Source: Planctomycetota bacterium
GTDB taxonomy: Bacteria > Planctomycetota > GCA-002687715 > DRQF01
Direction of reading: 5' to 3'
DNA length: 64,000 nt
NCBI GenBank assembly: GCA_036479435.1
Contig: JAZGFI010000103.1
Span: 64,001-128,000 of the forward strand
A program made the translations under genes and the position numbers. Within the stretch, counting starts at the first letter, position 1; each line of letters begins with the position of its first letter. The notes below the pieces were generated by a model. That model was given only the letters and a program-made list of their open reading frames with translations, did not search any database and had not been told where the DNA came from. This document shows positions 37,178-47,477 of the stretch, in pieces.

Positions 37178-39003
37178 CCATTGTCTACAGCCTTATGGTG
37201 GTCATCGCCGTAGGCTTGCTCATTTTTGTCCACGAACTCGGGCACTTTTTGGTCGCCAAAAAAGTTGGCATCCGAGTCGAGGCCTTCGCATTGGGTTTTG
37301 GCCCCCGGATCTTCGGCTTCACTCGGGGTGATACCGAATACAAACTCTGCGCCGTGCCATTGGGTGGCTACGTCAAGATGTTTGGCGAAATCCCCGGCGA
37401 AAGCGATGTTCGTGACCCTGGAGCCTTTAACAACAAGACGATCTCACAGCGTGCCTGGGTCATCTCGGCGGGCGTGATCATGAACGTGATCTTTGCCTTC
37501 ATTCTCTTTCCCTTGGCCTTCAGCATCGGCGTTCCCTTCGACGCGCCCATCGTCGGTGCGGTGACACCAGGCGGGCCAGCTTGGCAGGCAGGTTTGCGCC
37601 GCGGTGACGAAATCGTTGCCATCGATGGCAACGAAGTCTACGGCTTTAACGACATCCGTGTCGCGGTGGCCTTCGGCGACGGACCGAGTGAATTTAAGGT
37701 CAAACGCAAAGGTGTGGAACTCGTCAAGACCGTGACGCCAATCTATAACGATGGCGCTGGCTACAACGTGATCGGAATCAGTGGCCAACGAGGGTTGCCG
37801 CGATTCGCAAAGAACGCGAAAGCCCTTGACGCCGGAATCAAAGAGACCGACGCCGTGGTCGCGATCAACGGGGTGTCGCTGACGAACGTCAGTTTCTTTG
37901 AGCAAATGGCCGAAGGACTCATCGACCCCTCGGCGAGTTCATTAGTTTTTACCGTGCGGGATGCCGAGGATGAAAACGCCCCCACGCGCGACGTGGAAGT
38001 CCCGGCCGATCTTGGCCCTATTGGTGATCGGCCCTCTTTTTGGGCTGGAGTGCGGTTTTCATTGTTAAGGGTCAAGGCCCTAGCCGAGGTCGACAAGCGC
38101 GCTGGCTTCGCCGCGTCGCTGGGCCTTAAGCCCAAGGACATCTTTCGAAGCGTCAACGGAAAACCGGTGTTCAGTCCTTATTCTCTGCGCCGAGCCATCG
38201 AAGGTCTATCTGACGCAGCGGTGGCCAAACTCGACGTTGAGCGCGATGGCACCGTGAGAGAATTCACCTTTGTTAAGGCTGCGGATAGCGCCGACGAGTT
38301 GTTGGATTCGATGTCCCTCGATGCGGACGGCGTTCGAATCGAGATCATTCCCGACGGGCCGGCGGCAAAAGGTGGCTTGCAGGACGGCGACCGTATCGTC
38401 GCCGCCGCCGGTGAGGAACTAAGCCAAGACAATCGCGGCAAAGAAGCCTTCGCCGCCGCGATAGGGGCTTCGAGAGGATCACCGCTGGCCGTTCGCGTCG
38501 AACGCAATGGCGAAGTCCTCGACCTCACGATCCCCGTAACCGAACGTCTCTACAACCGAACCCTTCAAGATCTGCAATCACCGCCGCTCCATCGCAAAGT
38601 GAAGGTTCCCTTCCCAGAGTCGCTCGCCGTTGGCAGTAAGCAAACCTGGAATCAACTGGTCAATATCGTGTTGTCCTTGCGCTCGCTCATCACCGGCAAG
38701 GTCGCGGCCAAAAACATGGGCGGGATCATCTCGATCGCGGTCATCAGCTATTCTTTCGCCGAACAGGGAATTGCCAAGATCTTGTTTTTCATGGCGATCT
38801 TAAGCCTCAATCTCGCCATCTTGAATATCTTGCCGATCCCGGTATTGGACGGTGGGCACCTCATGTTCTTGATCTTGGAAAAGATCAAAGGTGGTCCCTT
38901 GAGCGATCGCGCGATGGGAATGGCCAACCTCGGCGGCATGGTGCTCATCGTGGGCTTGATGGTGTTTGTGACCTTCAACGACGTCATGCGCCACTTCTTT
39001 TAG
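37171..39003 (+). CDS. rseP: Site-2 intramembrane zinc protease with several PDZ domains
   Basis: HELGH, 'PLGGYVKM', 'NILPIPVLDGG'; dxr-rseP synteny. Confidence 0.95.
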   Translation: MLTIVYSLMVVIAVGLLIFVHELGHFLVAKKVGIRVEAFALGFGPRIFGFTRGDTEYKLCAVPLGGYVKMFGEIPGESDVRDPGAFNNKTISQRAWVISAGVIMNVIFAFILFPLAFSIGVPFDAPIVGAVTPGGPAWQAGLRRGDEIVAIDGNEVYGFNDIRVAVAFGDGPSEFKVKRKGVELVKTVTPIYNDGAGYNVIGISGQRGLPRFAKNAKALDAGIKETDAVVAINGVSLTNVSFFEQMAEGLIDPSASSLVFTVRDAEDENAPTRDVEVPADLGPIGDRPSFWAGVRFSLLRVKALAEVDKRAGFAASLGLKPKDIFRSVNGKPVFSPYSLRRAIEGLSDAAVAKLDVERDGTVREFTFVKAADSADELLDSMSLDADGVRIEIIPDGPAAKGGLQDGDRIVAAAGEELSQDNRGKEAFAAAIGASRGSPLAVRVERNGEVLDLTIPVTERLYNRTLQDLQSPPLHRKVKVPFPESLAVGSKQTWNQLVNIVLSLRSLITGKVAAKNMGGIISIAVISYSFAEQGIAKILFFMAILSLNLAILNILPIPVLDGGHLMFLILEKIKGGPLSDRAMGMANLGGMVLIVGLMVFVTFNDVMRHFF

Positions 39004-39036
39004 GTCGTTCCAAGACATGAAGGTCGTGACCCATAC

Positions 39037-39936
39037 ATGAAGACTTGGTTTCGCCTCGTCCGGCTTCCCAACGCCCTCACTACGGTGGCGGACGTGTTGG
39101 TCGGGGCATCCCTGGCCGGAGTTGGCCTCGAGGCTTTGGGCGCTGCCCCTAAGTTCATGGTCTTCGCCGCGCTGACCACGGTCTGTCTTTATGCGGCGGG
39201 GATGGCACTCAACGATCTCGCGGATATCGAGAAAGACCGCGACCTTTACCCCGAGCGTCCCTTGCCTTCGGCGGCTCTTTCACTGGGCACGGTGCGCTTG
39301 GTCATCTTGTTGTTGACCGCGATCGCTTTCGTTTGCGCCGCCGTCATTTCGACCTCCGCGATCTGGGTGGTGGCCGCACTTTGTTTAGCGATCGTTAGCT
39401 ACGACTTGTGGTGGAAGGACCGGGTTTGGCTGGCCCCGCTCTCAATGGGAGCCTGCCGTGCTTTGTCGATGGGCATGGGTGTCGTGGCGGGGATGGCAGT
39501 GAATGCGTCCACGGCCTCAGGCCCCAGCCCTTTTCCAAATGCCTGGTGGCAGGGATGCGTAGCCTACGGTTACCTCGTTGCCGTCATCACTTTCGTCTCT
39601 TCTTTTGAGGACCAAGAGCCCGACCCGCAGCGCCGTGATTTAGCCCGCGGAGCTCTGTTCGCGGCTTGGCTGTTCCCGATTTTCCTGAACCCGGGCGGTC
39701 CTTTTGGGATGGCAATTGTGGTCGTGGGCGTTGTTGCCGCAACCTGGGTGCTGAGTCCTTCCTTCAAAAAGCCCGTTGTTTGGGGTCTCGTCGTTCGCAA
39801 CGGAGTCTTCACGCTGGTGTTTTTTGGCGCGCTCTTGGCGTTTTCAGTTGAAGCTCCAGTGTTGGCCCTCGCCGCGGCGATCGTCTTTCCCATCGTGCGC
39901 CTTTGCGCAAAAAGCTTGGCGCAAGTCGGATCTTAG
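39037..39936 (+). CDS. UbiA-family prenyltransferase (EboC-like)
   Basis: 'LVRLPNALT.VADVLVG', 'LYAAGMALND..D...D....PERPLPS', 'YD', 'MGACR'; multiple TMs. Confidence 0.85.
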   Translation: MKTWFRLVRLPNALTTVADVLVGASLAGVGLEALGAAPKFMVFAALTTVCLYAAGMALNDLADIEKDRDLYPERPLPSAALSLGTVRLVILLLTAIAFVCAAVISTSAIWVVAALCLAIVSYDLWWKDRVWLAPLSMGACRALSMGMGVVAGMAVNASTASGPSPFPNAWWQGCVAYGYLVAVITFVSSFEDQEPDPQRRDLARGALFAAWLFPIFLNPGGPFGMAIVVVGVVAATWVLSPSFKKPVVWGLVVRNGVFTLVFFGALLAFSVEAPVLALAAAIVFPIVRLCAKSLAQVGS

Positions 39937-39947
39937 TGGGCTGCAGT

Positions 39948-41270
39948 CTAGTTGTCGGTAGCGAGTCGGTCCTTGACGTAGGCCACCGCATCGTGGTGAT
40001 CCGCCAGCTTGCCTTCCAACTGAAGAAATCGGATTCGGCGCAGCCAAGCACCCAAGGCTCTGCCCTTGGGAATCCCCAAGGCAATCGCTTCATCGCCCCG
40101 CAACAAGGGTTTGGGAAGTTCAGTCCAAGATAGGCTCGACAAGGTCGGGGTCGGTGTCGCCTCAAGAGCACCGTCGCCGGGTGAGGCTCGCAACTGCAAC
40201 TCGCGAAACAGCATGAGCTCCGCAAAACTGTCCGTGGCGCTGACGATCTTGAGCCTAGCTTTCGAGGGTCGGAGAGCAAACAAGAGTCGATCCCGCATGC
40301 CGATGAGCCGTCCCACTTCTTGTTGGAGTTTTTTGGGAGCTCGCAATCGGTTCAGGACGGCTCGGGCCGCTTTGGCACGTTTCGTCGGATAGTCATCGAT
40401 GAGGTCATCGAGCATTAGCGCCCAAATCACGGTGGCCGGCAGGGGTTTTTCACTGGGGGTCAAAGTTCCAAGAATAAACCGCAATCGATCCAGGGGTGAA
40501 GGCCATCTTGGCACGCTTGGAGAATCTGGGCTGGGCTGCAGCCGTTCCTCCAAGACAACTTCACCCTTGCGCGCGACCTCGGGCAAGACCACCTTCAAAA
40601 CTCGGTGTTCTTCCAAGATTCGAAGTGCCGCTGAGGGATCACGTTCACAAAAAAGGCGATCGATCTCGGAGAAGACTCGCTCGGCACTAGGATCGGCGGC
40701 GTGACTCGCCATGTCTTGAATGGCTGCCGCGGTCTCCGCCTCGATTTTGAAATCGAGCCGCGTCGCGAATCTGAGAGCTCTCAAGATTCTCAATCGGTCT
40801 TCGCTAAAGCGCGCCTTGGCGTCACCGATAGCGCGGACGACGCCCGCCGCGAGGTCTTTTTTCCCGCCGACATAGTCTAGGACTTCCCCGGTCTCAGGCT
40901 TCATGAGCAGGCCGTTGATCGTGAAGTCCCGACGTTCGACGTCCTCACGAGCGGTGCTAAAAGTCACTTCGACCGGACGGCGTCCGTCGATGTAGGCGCC
41001 GTCGTTGCGAAAAGTCGCCACTTCAAACGAGTGCTCGCCGGAGCCCACGACAATGACGCCGAACTGTTTCCCGACGGCAATCGTCCGGCGAAACAAGCGT
41101 TCAACTTGTTCGGGGTGCGCCGAGGTCGCCAGATCTAGGTCATTCGGCTCGCGGCCCAGCAGGAGATCGCGCACACAACCGCCGGCGAAAAAGACCTCAA
41201 ATCCGTTCTCGGCCAGTTGAGCTGCGACTTTGCGAGCTTCGCGAAACAAATCGGTATCGGGGACTTCCAT
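39948..41270 (-). CDS. cca: CCA-adding tRNA nucleotidyltransferase / poly(A) polymerase family
   Basis: 'GGCVRDLLLG', DLD, 'EVATFR', 'RRDFTING', 'ED.LRILRA.RF'. Confidence 0.9.
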   Translation of the reverse strand: MEVPDTDLFREARKVAAQLAENGFEVFFAGGCVRDLLLGREPNDLDLATSAHPEQVERLFRRTIAVGKQFGVIVVGSGEHSFEVATFRNDGAYIDGRRPVEVTFSTAREDVERRDFTINGLLMKPETGEVLDYVGGKKDLAAGVVRAIGDAKARFSEDRLRILRALRFATRLDFKIEAETAAAIQDMASHAADPSAERVFSEIDRLFCERDPSAALRILEEHRVLKVVLPEVARKGEVVLEERLQPSPDSPSVPRWPSPLDRLRFILGTLTPSEKPLPATVIWALMLDDLIDDYPTKRAKAARAVLNRLRAPKKLQQEVGRLIGMRDRLLFALRPSKARLKIVSATDSFAELMLFRELQLRASPGDGALEATPTPTLSSLSWTELPKPLLRGDEAIALGIPKGRALGAWLRRIRFLQLEGKLADHHDAVAYVKDRLATDN

Positions 41271-41371
41271 GCCAAGATGATAATAAGGCCGGGTCTTCCG
41301 GCCCAGATGCAGAAACCGCCTTCGCGATTCACGGTTCGAGTTTTCTGCTGAAATCGTTATTCTGACGGGAC

Positions 41372-42007
41372 ATGTCTCTCATCAATTCTCAACCAGCTCC
41401 GCGGGATTCCCGCCAAAACGGTACGGTTCTCATCGAGGCCGTCATTGTGGTCTTGCTGGCCTTTGCGGCGACGTTTTTTTGGCGTAGTGGCGGCAAAAGT
41501 GATCGGATCTTGCGCAACGAGGGCAACGCAATTGAGGATTTGCGAGCCTTGGTTCGGGTACAGACGGCCTATCGAAACTCACACTCACGCTTTGGATTTC
41601 TGGACGAACTCGATGAGAGCCAGACCGGATGGCGCGTCTACCCGCGGAGACGCGGGGAATCCGGACCGTCAGCGATTCGCGGCGGTTATTGCCTGGCGCT
41701 CTATCTGTCGAGCGACGCCGGAGAAGAGATGGGCCTGGTGACGGGGGAGAAACCCCGTGATGATTTTTGGATTGCCTACGCTTGGCCCCTAGAGTTTGGC
41801 CTTACCGGTCGGCGTCTATTTTCCATCGATTTGGACGGCACCTTACGAGCCTGGGAAAACCAGCTCGGCACTTTCGACGGTCCAGATCGACGTCCGGCGG
41901 CCGCCATGGCTCCGGACACTGAGTCACGACAGTACCCGTTCCACCGCGGCAATCAGGGCTACCTTGGCAAAGTTCGTTGGCGTCCGGTGGAAGGGACACG
42001 ACCTTGA
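41372..42007 (+). CDS. Type IV pilin-like protein with DUF2950-like C-terminus
   Basis: Prepilin-like G|TVLIE followed by a hydrophobic helix; 'NE..AI..LR', 'AYAWP...G.TGRR.F'. Confidence 0.65.
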   Translation: MSLINSQPAPRDSRQNGTVLIEAVIVVLLAFAATFFWRSGGKSDRILRNEGNAIEDLRALVRVQTAYRNSHSRFGFLDELDESQTGWRVYPRRRGESGPSAIRGGYCLALYLSSDAGEEMGLVTGEKPRDDFWIAYAWPLEFGLTGRRLFSIDLDGTLRAWENQLGTFDGPDRRPAAAMAPDTESRQYPFHRGNQGYLGKVRWRPVEGTRP

Positions 42008-43695
42008 GCGGCGACGAGAAAGCACAATCCGCTGACTCACATCGCAGCGCTGCTGATTCAAATCGCAGCGCTGCTGCGATTGCAAACTTGCGAACCTTAC
42101 TGGAAGACCTCGACTGGAGCGGCTTGGAAGATACCGAAAGTCGAGAGAGACTCATCGAAGAGGCCGCGGCTCTCGGCTACTACTTAAGCCGAAAAGAAAA
42201 CCCGGACCTCCCTCCCCTCGACCTGATTTTCGGCCCTTCTGGCGCGGGCAAAAGCAGCTTGTTCAATCTGCTTTCCGGCGGCGATCACGCGCATACTTCA
42301 AGCGTTGAGCGCCCCGCCAGCCGCGGCGCTCTTTTGGGAAGCAGCGCCGAAATCTTGGAAGAGATCGAGTCCTTGGATCTTTTTCCTACTTTTGAGATCG
42401 GCCGCGTCAAAGGCCAACACGCGCAAAAAGGCGAGGAGGGTCGCGTCGGGCTGCTCGCCATGTCCCAAGCACCTTCAGGCGGCGGGGTGCTCATTGATTG
42501 TCCCGATTATGACACCCGCGTTGACGCCAATCGCCGCATCGCAGAGCGTCTAATTCGTTGGGCCGACCGCATCGTGTTTGTGACGTCATTGGAACGCTAC
42601 GCCGATCGGAGCGCCCAGCCCTACTTGAGCGAAATCGCCGAACGCCAAGTGCCGGTGTTTTATTTGCTCAACAAGGCTGAAGGCGATGCTGCACAACTCG
42701 CGAAGGACTGTTTGAGCCAACTCATGCAGCTGGGGGGGCCCAAGGCCAAGGTTGGCATCATGCCCCGGGCGGAACCAGCTGCTCTGGGCCAGGCCGAAGT
42801 CCTTGAGGAGATCCGTGCTTTTCTTGCCTCCTCGCCAAACGACGACCGCCACCAAGCGAGCCTAGGCCGCTTCGTGGCGGACTGTAGAAAGTCCATCAGC
42901 GCGCCTTTAATTGCCTGGGCGGAGCGCCGCGCCGCCCTTCTGCGCAGGCTCGACGAAGTGCTCGCGCAGAAAACAGAGTTCGATCACGGTCCGAACTTGA
43001 GCCCATTTGAGCGTTTTGAAGACGACACGAAGTTTTGGCTGCGCTACTCGCCACGTTCAATGTGGCGCGGCGCCAAGGACCTCATTCGTCGCCCCAAAAG
43101 TCTCTTTGAGGCGCCAAAGATTCCGCGGGAACCGGATCGCAACGAGATTGCAACCTTGGTTGTTGATCAGGCTTGGAGTGCTTTTGATGAGCTGCAGATT
43201 CGTACCCGCGAGACCATGAAAGCCGACGCACTCGGTCGACAAGTCGTCGCCGATGAACAGTTCGCCGCCTCCGACTTCGATCGCGACCATTTACGCCGAC
43301 ACTTTGGCCCCTTGATTGATCGGCTAACACAGTTCAGCCAGAAAACGCTCGAGAGGTTTCGCTCTGAGCACGATGCACGTCGAGGAAGCTGGGTCGCTCA
43401 GTTTCGATTTTGGGCCGTCGACAAAGTTCTGAAGCTGCTGTTTTTGTCCGTCCACTTCACCGTTATTCCCATCGTGGTCTACACGCTTTTGGAGAAAATC
43501 GGAATGGAGTCCTTTAGCAATGAAGTCAAAAATGAGTTTCGAGAAGACCAAGAGCTCTACCGCGAGTTGCTCCATCAGGGGCTAAAAGAACAGTTCGACG
43601 CCTACGTGCAACGCGTCGATGCCTTGGGGCCGAATCCCAAATTGGCCGTTCACCTTGAGCTTTTATTGCAAAGCATCGAGGAGGAGCTCACTTGA
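42004..43695 (+). CDS. Dynamin-like/Era-class GTPase 1
   Basis: G1 GPSGAGKS, G3 variant DCPD, G4 NKAE; long helical C-terminus with a hydrophobic segment; TTGA overlap with the upstream gene. Confidence 0.8.
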   Translation: MSGDEKAQSADSHRSAADSNRSAAAIANLRTLLEDLDWSGLEDTESRERLIEEAAALGYYLSRKENPDLPPLDLIFGPSGAGKSSLFNLLSGGDHAHTSSVERPASRGALLGSSAEILEEIESLDLFPTFEIGRVKGQHAQKGEEGRVGLLAMSQAPSGGGVLIDCPDYDTRVDANRRIAERLIRWADRIVFVTSLERYADRSAQPYLSEIAERQVPVFYLLNKAEGDAAQLAKDCLSQLMQLGGPKAKVGIMPRAEPAALGQAEVLEEIRAFLASSPNDDRHQASLGRFVADCRKSISAPLIAWAERRAALLRRLDEVLAQKTEFDHGPNLSPFERFEDDTKFWLRYSPRSMWRGAKDLIRRPKSLFEAPKIPREPDRNEIATLVVDQAWSAFDELQIRTRETMKADALGRQVVADEQFAASDFDRDHLRRHFGPLIDRLTQFSQKTLERFRSEHDARRGSWVAQFRFWAVDKVLKLLFLSVHFTVIPIVVYTLLEKIGMESFSNEVKNEFREDQELYRELLHQGLKEQFDAYVQRVDALGPNPKLAVHLELLLQSIEEELT

Positions 43696-45455
43696 GCCTC
43701 AGCGAAGACATCTTTCAACTTGAACGCCGGTTGCAGAAGTTCGAAGCACAGTTGGAATCCCGTTATCCAGACCGGATTCGTCGTTTGGCTTTGGCATCCC
43801 GGCGGGCAGGAGTTCCCGAAGACCTTTTGACCGTGGGCTTAGTCGGCGGTACCGGGGTCGGCAAGAGCAGTCTCATCAATGCCCTTGCCGGGCGCGAGAT
43901 TTCCGCGACATCTTCGCGGCGGCCGACAACAGATCGCATCATCCCCTACCTGCATCGCGATCGGATGTCGGCCGTCGATCACATGGATTCCATCGTCAAA
44001 AACCTCAGTCGCGAGCGGGCAGTTCACGACGTCGAAGGCCTGCGCTACTTGGCGCTGTTCGACCTTCCGGACATCGACAGTTCGGCAGAAAAGAACGCCA
44101 CAGTCGTGCGCGAAGCGCTGCAGAGCCTTGATCTCGTGGTCTGGGTGACGTCGATTACCAAATTCGCTGACCGCGTATTTCACGACTGGATTGGCGAGCA
44201 AAGCTCGGGCATGAACCTCGCGAATTTCGTCTTTGTTTTGAACAAAGTCGATGAGATCGCCGACCCCGATCCCCAAGCGGCCGCCCGACAACTACACGAG
44301 AACTTTCGATCGAGCGTCATGGAGTCCTTGGGCGCAGGAGGCTTGAGCGCCGAGCCTCGCTTTTTCCTCGTCTCCGCTGCTCCCAGGGCGGAGCGGTCCG
44401 CCGCGGATCAGTTCGAGGCCTTTCGCGACTTTTTGCTGACCGAGCGCGACCAGCGTGAAGTCGCCAAAATCAAAAGCTCAAACCGTGGTGCCGAGTTAGA
44501 GAGCCGGCACCAGCACTTGGTTGAGGCTTTAGCCTTCGACGAACGCTTGGAGTGGATCGACGGCGACTCGACGTTTACTGAGGAGCGAGTGTTAGCAGAA
44601 CTGGATCGCGAAGACGTCCAAGACGCCTTGCAGAAGGTACTTCGCGAAAGCCCGGTTCAAGCGGCTATGGCGCGCGACGACTTTAGAGCCTCCCTGGCCT
44701 CCTGGCCGATCCTGCCCCAACTCGGTTTTCTCCTCGCGCCCTTTCGCGGAATTCCCAAGCTGCTGCAGCAGATAGCACTCTTGGCGCGACTCGAAGGGAC
44801 CGGTGAGTCCGCGCTCAAAAAGCGCCGGGATCCCCTATTTGAAGCCATGCGGCGGATCGAGGATGACCGCCGGCGCCGGCGAAGCCGCATCAAAGACCCC
44901 CGTTTAGAGGCGGTCCTAAGCAACAAAAATGATGCCGCCATCGAGACCCACCGAACGCGGCTTCAAAACGAATGCGATGCGAAACTCGATGAGGCCTTAG
45001 CGGAAAAACGGCCCGACAGCAGGTCCCAGCGAAAGCCGAAAAAAGGCTTTGTCAAATCGGTCTTGATCTGGCTGCCTCTCATTTGGTTTCCGCTGCTACA
45101 ACCCTTGCTGCAGACCATCCTCAATCCTGAGCACGACCTATCTACTCTGCCGCTAAGACTCGTACACCGTCTCGTTCGGATCACGGGAGCGACTCATCTG
45201 CTCGTTTCCTTGCTATTCGTGGTGGTCTTGTACGCAGCCTACGTCCTTATTTTGCGCGCCCTCTCTTGGGCCCGCGCCGCTCGCGAATGCCGCAAGCTTC
45301 TTGAGACCGATTGGTGGACGACCACCCTACGAGAACGCTTCCACGCCGTTTTGACCAGTGAGAACAAGAGTCTCAGATCATCGGTTAACGAAGAGCAGAG
45401 TGAAGCCTCCCAGATATTGGGCGAGCTCAATGCGCTCAAAGAAAAGACCGGCTAA
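43692..45455 (+). CDS. Dynamin-like/Era-class GTPase 2 with C-terminal membrane segments
   Basis: G1 GGTGVGKS, G2 RPTT, G3 variant DLPD, G4 NKVD; two hydrophobic helices near the C-terminus; TTGA overlap. Confidence 0.82.
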   Translation: MSLSEDIFQLERRLQKFEAQLESRYPDRIRRLALASRRAGVPEDLLTVGLVGGTGVGKSSLINALAGREISATSSRRPTTDRIIPYLHRDRMSAVDHMDSIVKNLSRERAVHDVEGLRYLALFDLPDIDSSAEKNATVVREALQSLDLVVWVTSITKFADRVFHDWIGEQSSGMNLANFVFVLNKVDEIADPDPQAAARQLHENFRSSVMESLGAGGLSAEPRFFLVSAAPRAERSAADQFEAFRDFLLTERDQREVAKIKSSNRGAELESRHQHLVEALAFDERLEWIDGDSTFTEERVLAELDREDVQDALQKVLRESPVQAAMARDDFRASLASWPILPQLGFLLAPFRGIPKLLQQIALLARLEGTGESALKKRRDPLFEAMRRIEDDRRRRRSRIKDPRLEAVLSNKNDAAIETHRTRLQNECDAKLDEALAEKRPDSRSQRKPKKGFVKSVLIWLPLIWFPLLQPLLQTILNPEHDLSTLPLRLVHRLVRITGATHLLVSLLFVVVLYAAYVLILRALSWARAARECRKLLETDWWTTTLRERFHAVLTSENKSLRSSVNEEQSEASQILGELNALKEKTG

Positions 45456-46018
45456 AGTTCCTCCATCGCCTCCACGACGATGTCGGCGAAGCCGATGATG
45501 GCGATGGCGTTCAGCATGCCGACCACGATGGCGGCGGCAATGATGAGGCCTAAATTGAAGCCCGCGACTCGCCCCGCTACGGCAACGAGGACGGTCGTGG
45601 TGATGACATTGAAGATCATGGCCTGGTTGACGGGGCGCCGGAGGCGATCGAGGCGTCGTTGAAGCTCGCGGCGCGTACCCGTCGCGAGATAGTGTCCGAG
45701 GTTCTCGGCTTCGAGGCGAAAATACTGCCGGTCAATGCGCGTGAGCACACGTAGAAAAGGCCGACAATCGTAGCGGACAAAAACACTCTGCTGACGCCTG
45801 CTACTCTCATCGGTCATCCCCGGCTTTACTTCTACTACGACTGGCAGTTTTTCGATTCGCGATGACATGGCGGCGCGAAGACCAGCTTTCTTCTCGAAAC
45901 TGATGACATCTCCGGAGACCTCGCGTTCGGAGTACCCCTCACCGAGGAAAAAAGCGCGCACCCCCTCTTGGGCGAGCTCTGGCCGTTCGTCGATTTGAAT
46001 GCGAGTGGCGTACCTCAA
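45452..46018 (-). CDS. Hypothetical membrane protein (two C-terminal TMs)
   Basis: TTG start overlapping the upstream TGA; soluble domain then two hydrophobic helices. Confidence 0.65.
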   Translation of the reverse strand: MRYATRIQIDERPELAQEGVRAFFLGEGYSEREVSGDVISFEKKAGLRAAMSSRIEKLPVVVEVKPGMTDESSRRQQSVFVRYDCRPFLRVLTRIDRQYFRLEAENLGHYLATGTRRELQRRLDRLRRPVNQAMIFNVITTTVLVAVAGRVAGFNLGLIIAAAIVVGMLNAIAIIGFADIVVEAMEEL

Positions 46019-47424
46019 GATAGTTTTGCCAGCCCGAGGTCCAACTGCCGCAAGGCCATACGCTGAAAGATAAGGTCTCCTCGCTTTTGCCGAGGCGGCA
46101 GTGATTCCAACAACGCCCTTGAATCTTGGTGATGGATGGACGCCAAGATTGCAACGAGTCGTTGCCAAGATGAGGTGTCTTTGACCTTCTCCGCGATCTC
46201 GGCGAGATAGGGTACGGCCAGATGACCGTAGGACTCAAAGTTTCGTTCGGCAATGAAACGGTAGGGCTCGCCAGCGAGGTACAGGTCGCGTAAAAGTGGG
46301 AGCGCCTCTACGATGCCCGCTTGCGAAAGACCGGCCATGAACGCACCCAGCTCATTGGCGTGGTAACGTCGCCAGTTGAGGCGCATTTCTCTCAGCGCGC
46401 CGAGGTCGCCGATGCGCCCAAGCACACTCAGCGCCTGAGACCTCCGCACCAGGTCGTCACCGGCTAAGTCGCGCATGACGCGTCTTCGACCATCTTCATG
46501 ACCGCATTTCAGCAGCGAAACGAGGGCTTCAAATCCGAGGTTGGGAAGGTCGCCTCGAGCCCAGCGGTCGTAGATCAGGAGCGAATCTAGGCCGGTGGCA
46601 AGATAGAGATAGTGGAGAGCTTGGGCTCGGCTTGTTTCTTTCAGGCTCTCATCCGCGACATCGTCTTTTAGGTTGCGAATGCCTTCAGATAGACCGAGTG
46701 AAGCACAGGCCCAGGCCGCGAGGACGCGCACGTCGACGTTCTCGTGGTTTCGCAAAGCTCGAAACTGTGGAATAGCCTCCTTCAGTTTTCGGTTTGCAAG
46801 GGCCGGCATAGCACTGAGAAGACACTCGCGATCGAATCTTGTGAGCCGGAGCCGCAGTGCGTCGAAAGCCTCGTCGTTGCCTAGGGCGATCAGGGCGTCC
46901 ACGACACTTCGGTCACTACCCTCTTCGCTTTTGTCCAAGAGGGTTAGGAGCGGAACGACCACATTCGAATGCCGTTGGGTGAAGACGGCACGCTTGGCGT
47001 TGCTGATGGCTTCGTAATTTCGACTCAACAATCCGTAGCGCACCAAAGGCGCGAACTTCGGGTGTTTTTTGCGAGCAAAGATCTCCATGAATGAAGACAA
47101 AGGAGCGTCGGCTTTTCGGCGCTGGTGAAAATCGTCAACGATGAGATCAACCACGGCTTCATCGCGACAAAGCAAGGCAAGCTCGTCCTTGACGGAGCCG
47201 GTCGAGGTCGCCGCAATGGAAGTGTTCGCCATGACGTCCAACCGCAGCCTGGCTCGTTCCAGGCGCTCTGTGGAGGATATATCGAGATAGAACAGCGGGT
47301 CGTCGAGCTTGGAGACCTTGGCCCCCGTAGCACCCGAGTTCGGTGACACCGCATCATGAAACAAAGTCCAGGCCATGAGCCCCGACCCGAAGGCAACTAG
47401 GATGTAGATAAGAAGAGTTTTCAT
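46015..47424 (-). CDS. Membrane-anchored HEAT-repeat protein
   Basis: N-terminal TM; 'VRVLAAWACASLG', 'RRSQALSVLGRIG'. Confidence 0.75.
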   Translation of the reverse strand: MKTLLIYILVAFGSGLMAWTLFHDAVSPNSGATGAKVSKLDDPLFYLDISSTERLERARLRLDVMANTSIAATSTGSVKDELALLCRDEAVVDLIVDDFHQRRKADAPLSSFMEIFARKKHPKFAPLVRYGLLSRNYEAISNAKRAVFTQRHSNVVVPLLTLLDKSEEGSDRSVVDALIALGNDEAFDALRLRLTRFDRECLLSAMPALANRKLKEAIPQFRALRNHENVDVRVLAAWACASLGLSEGIRNLKDDVADESLKETSRAQALHYLYLATGLDSLLIYDRWARGDLPNLGFEALVSLLKCGHEDGRRRVMRDLAGDDLVRRSQALSVLGRIGDLGALREMRLNWRRYHANELGAFMAGLSQAGIVEALPLLRDLYLAGEPYRFIAERNFESYGHLAVPYLAEIAEKVKDTSSWQRLVAILASIHHQDSRALLESLPPRQKRGDLIFQRMALRQLDLGLAKLS

Positions 47425-47477
47425 ACGTTCATTCTCGAGGCCAAATGCGCTCCGACCTTTTGCGAATAGAAAAGAGT

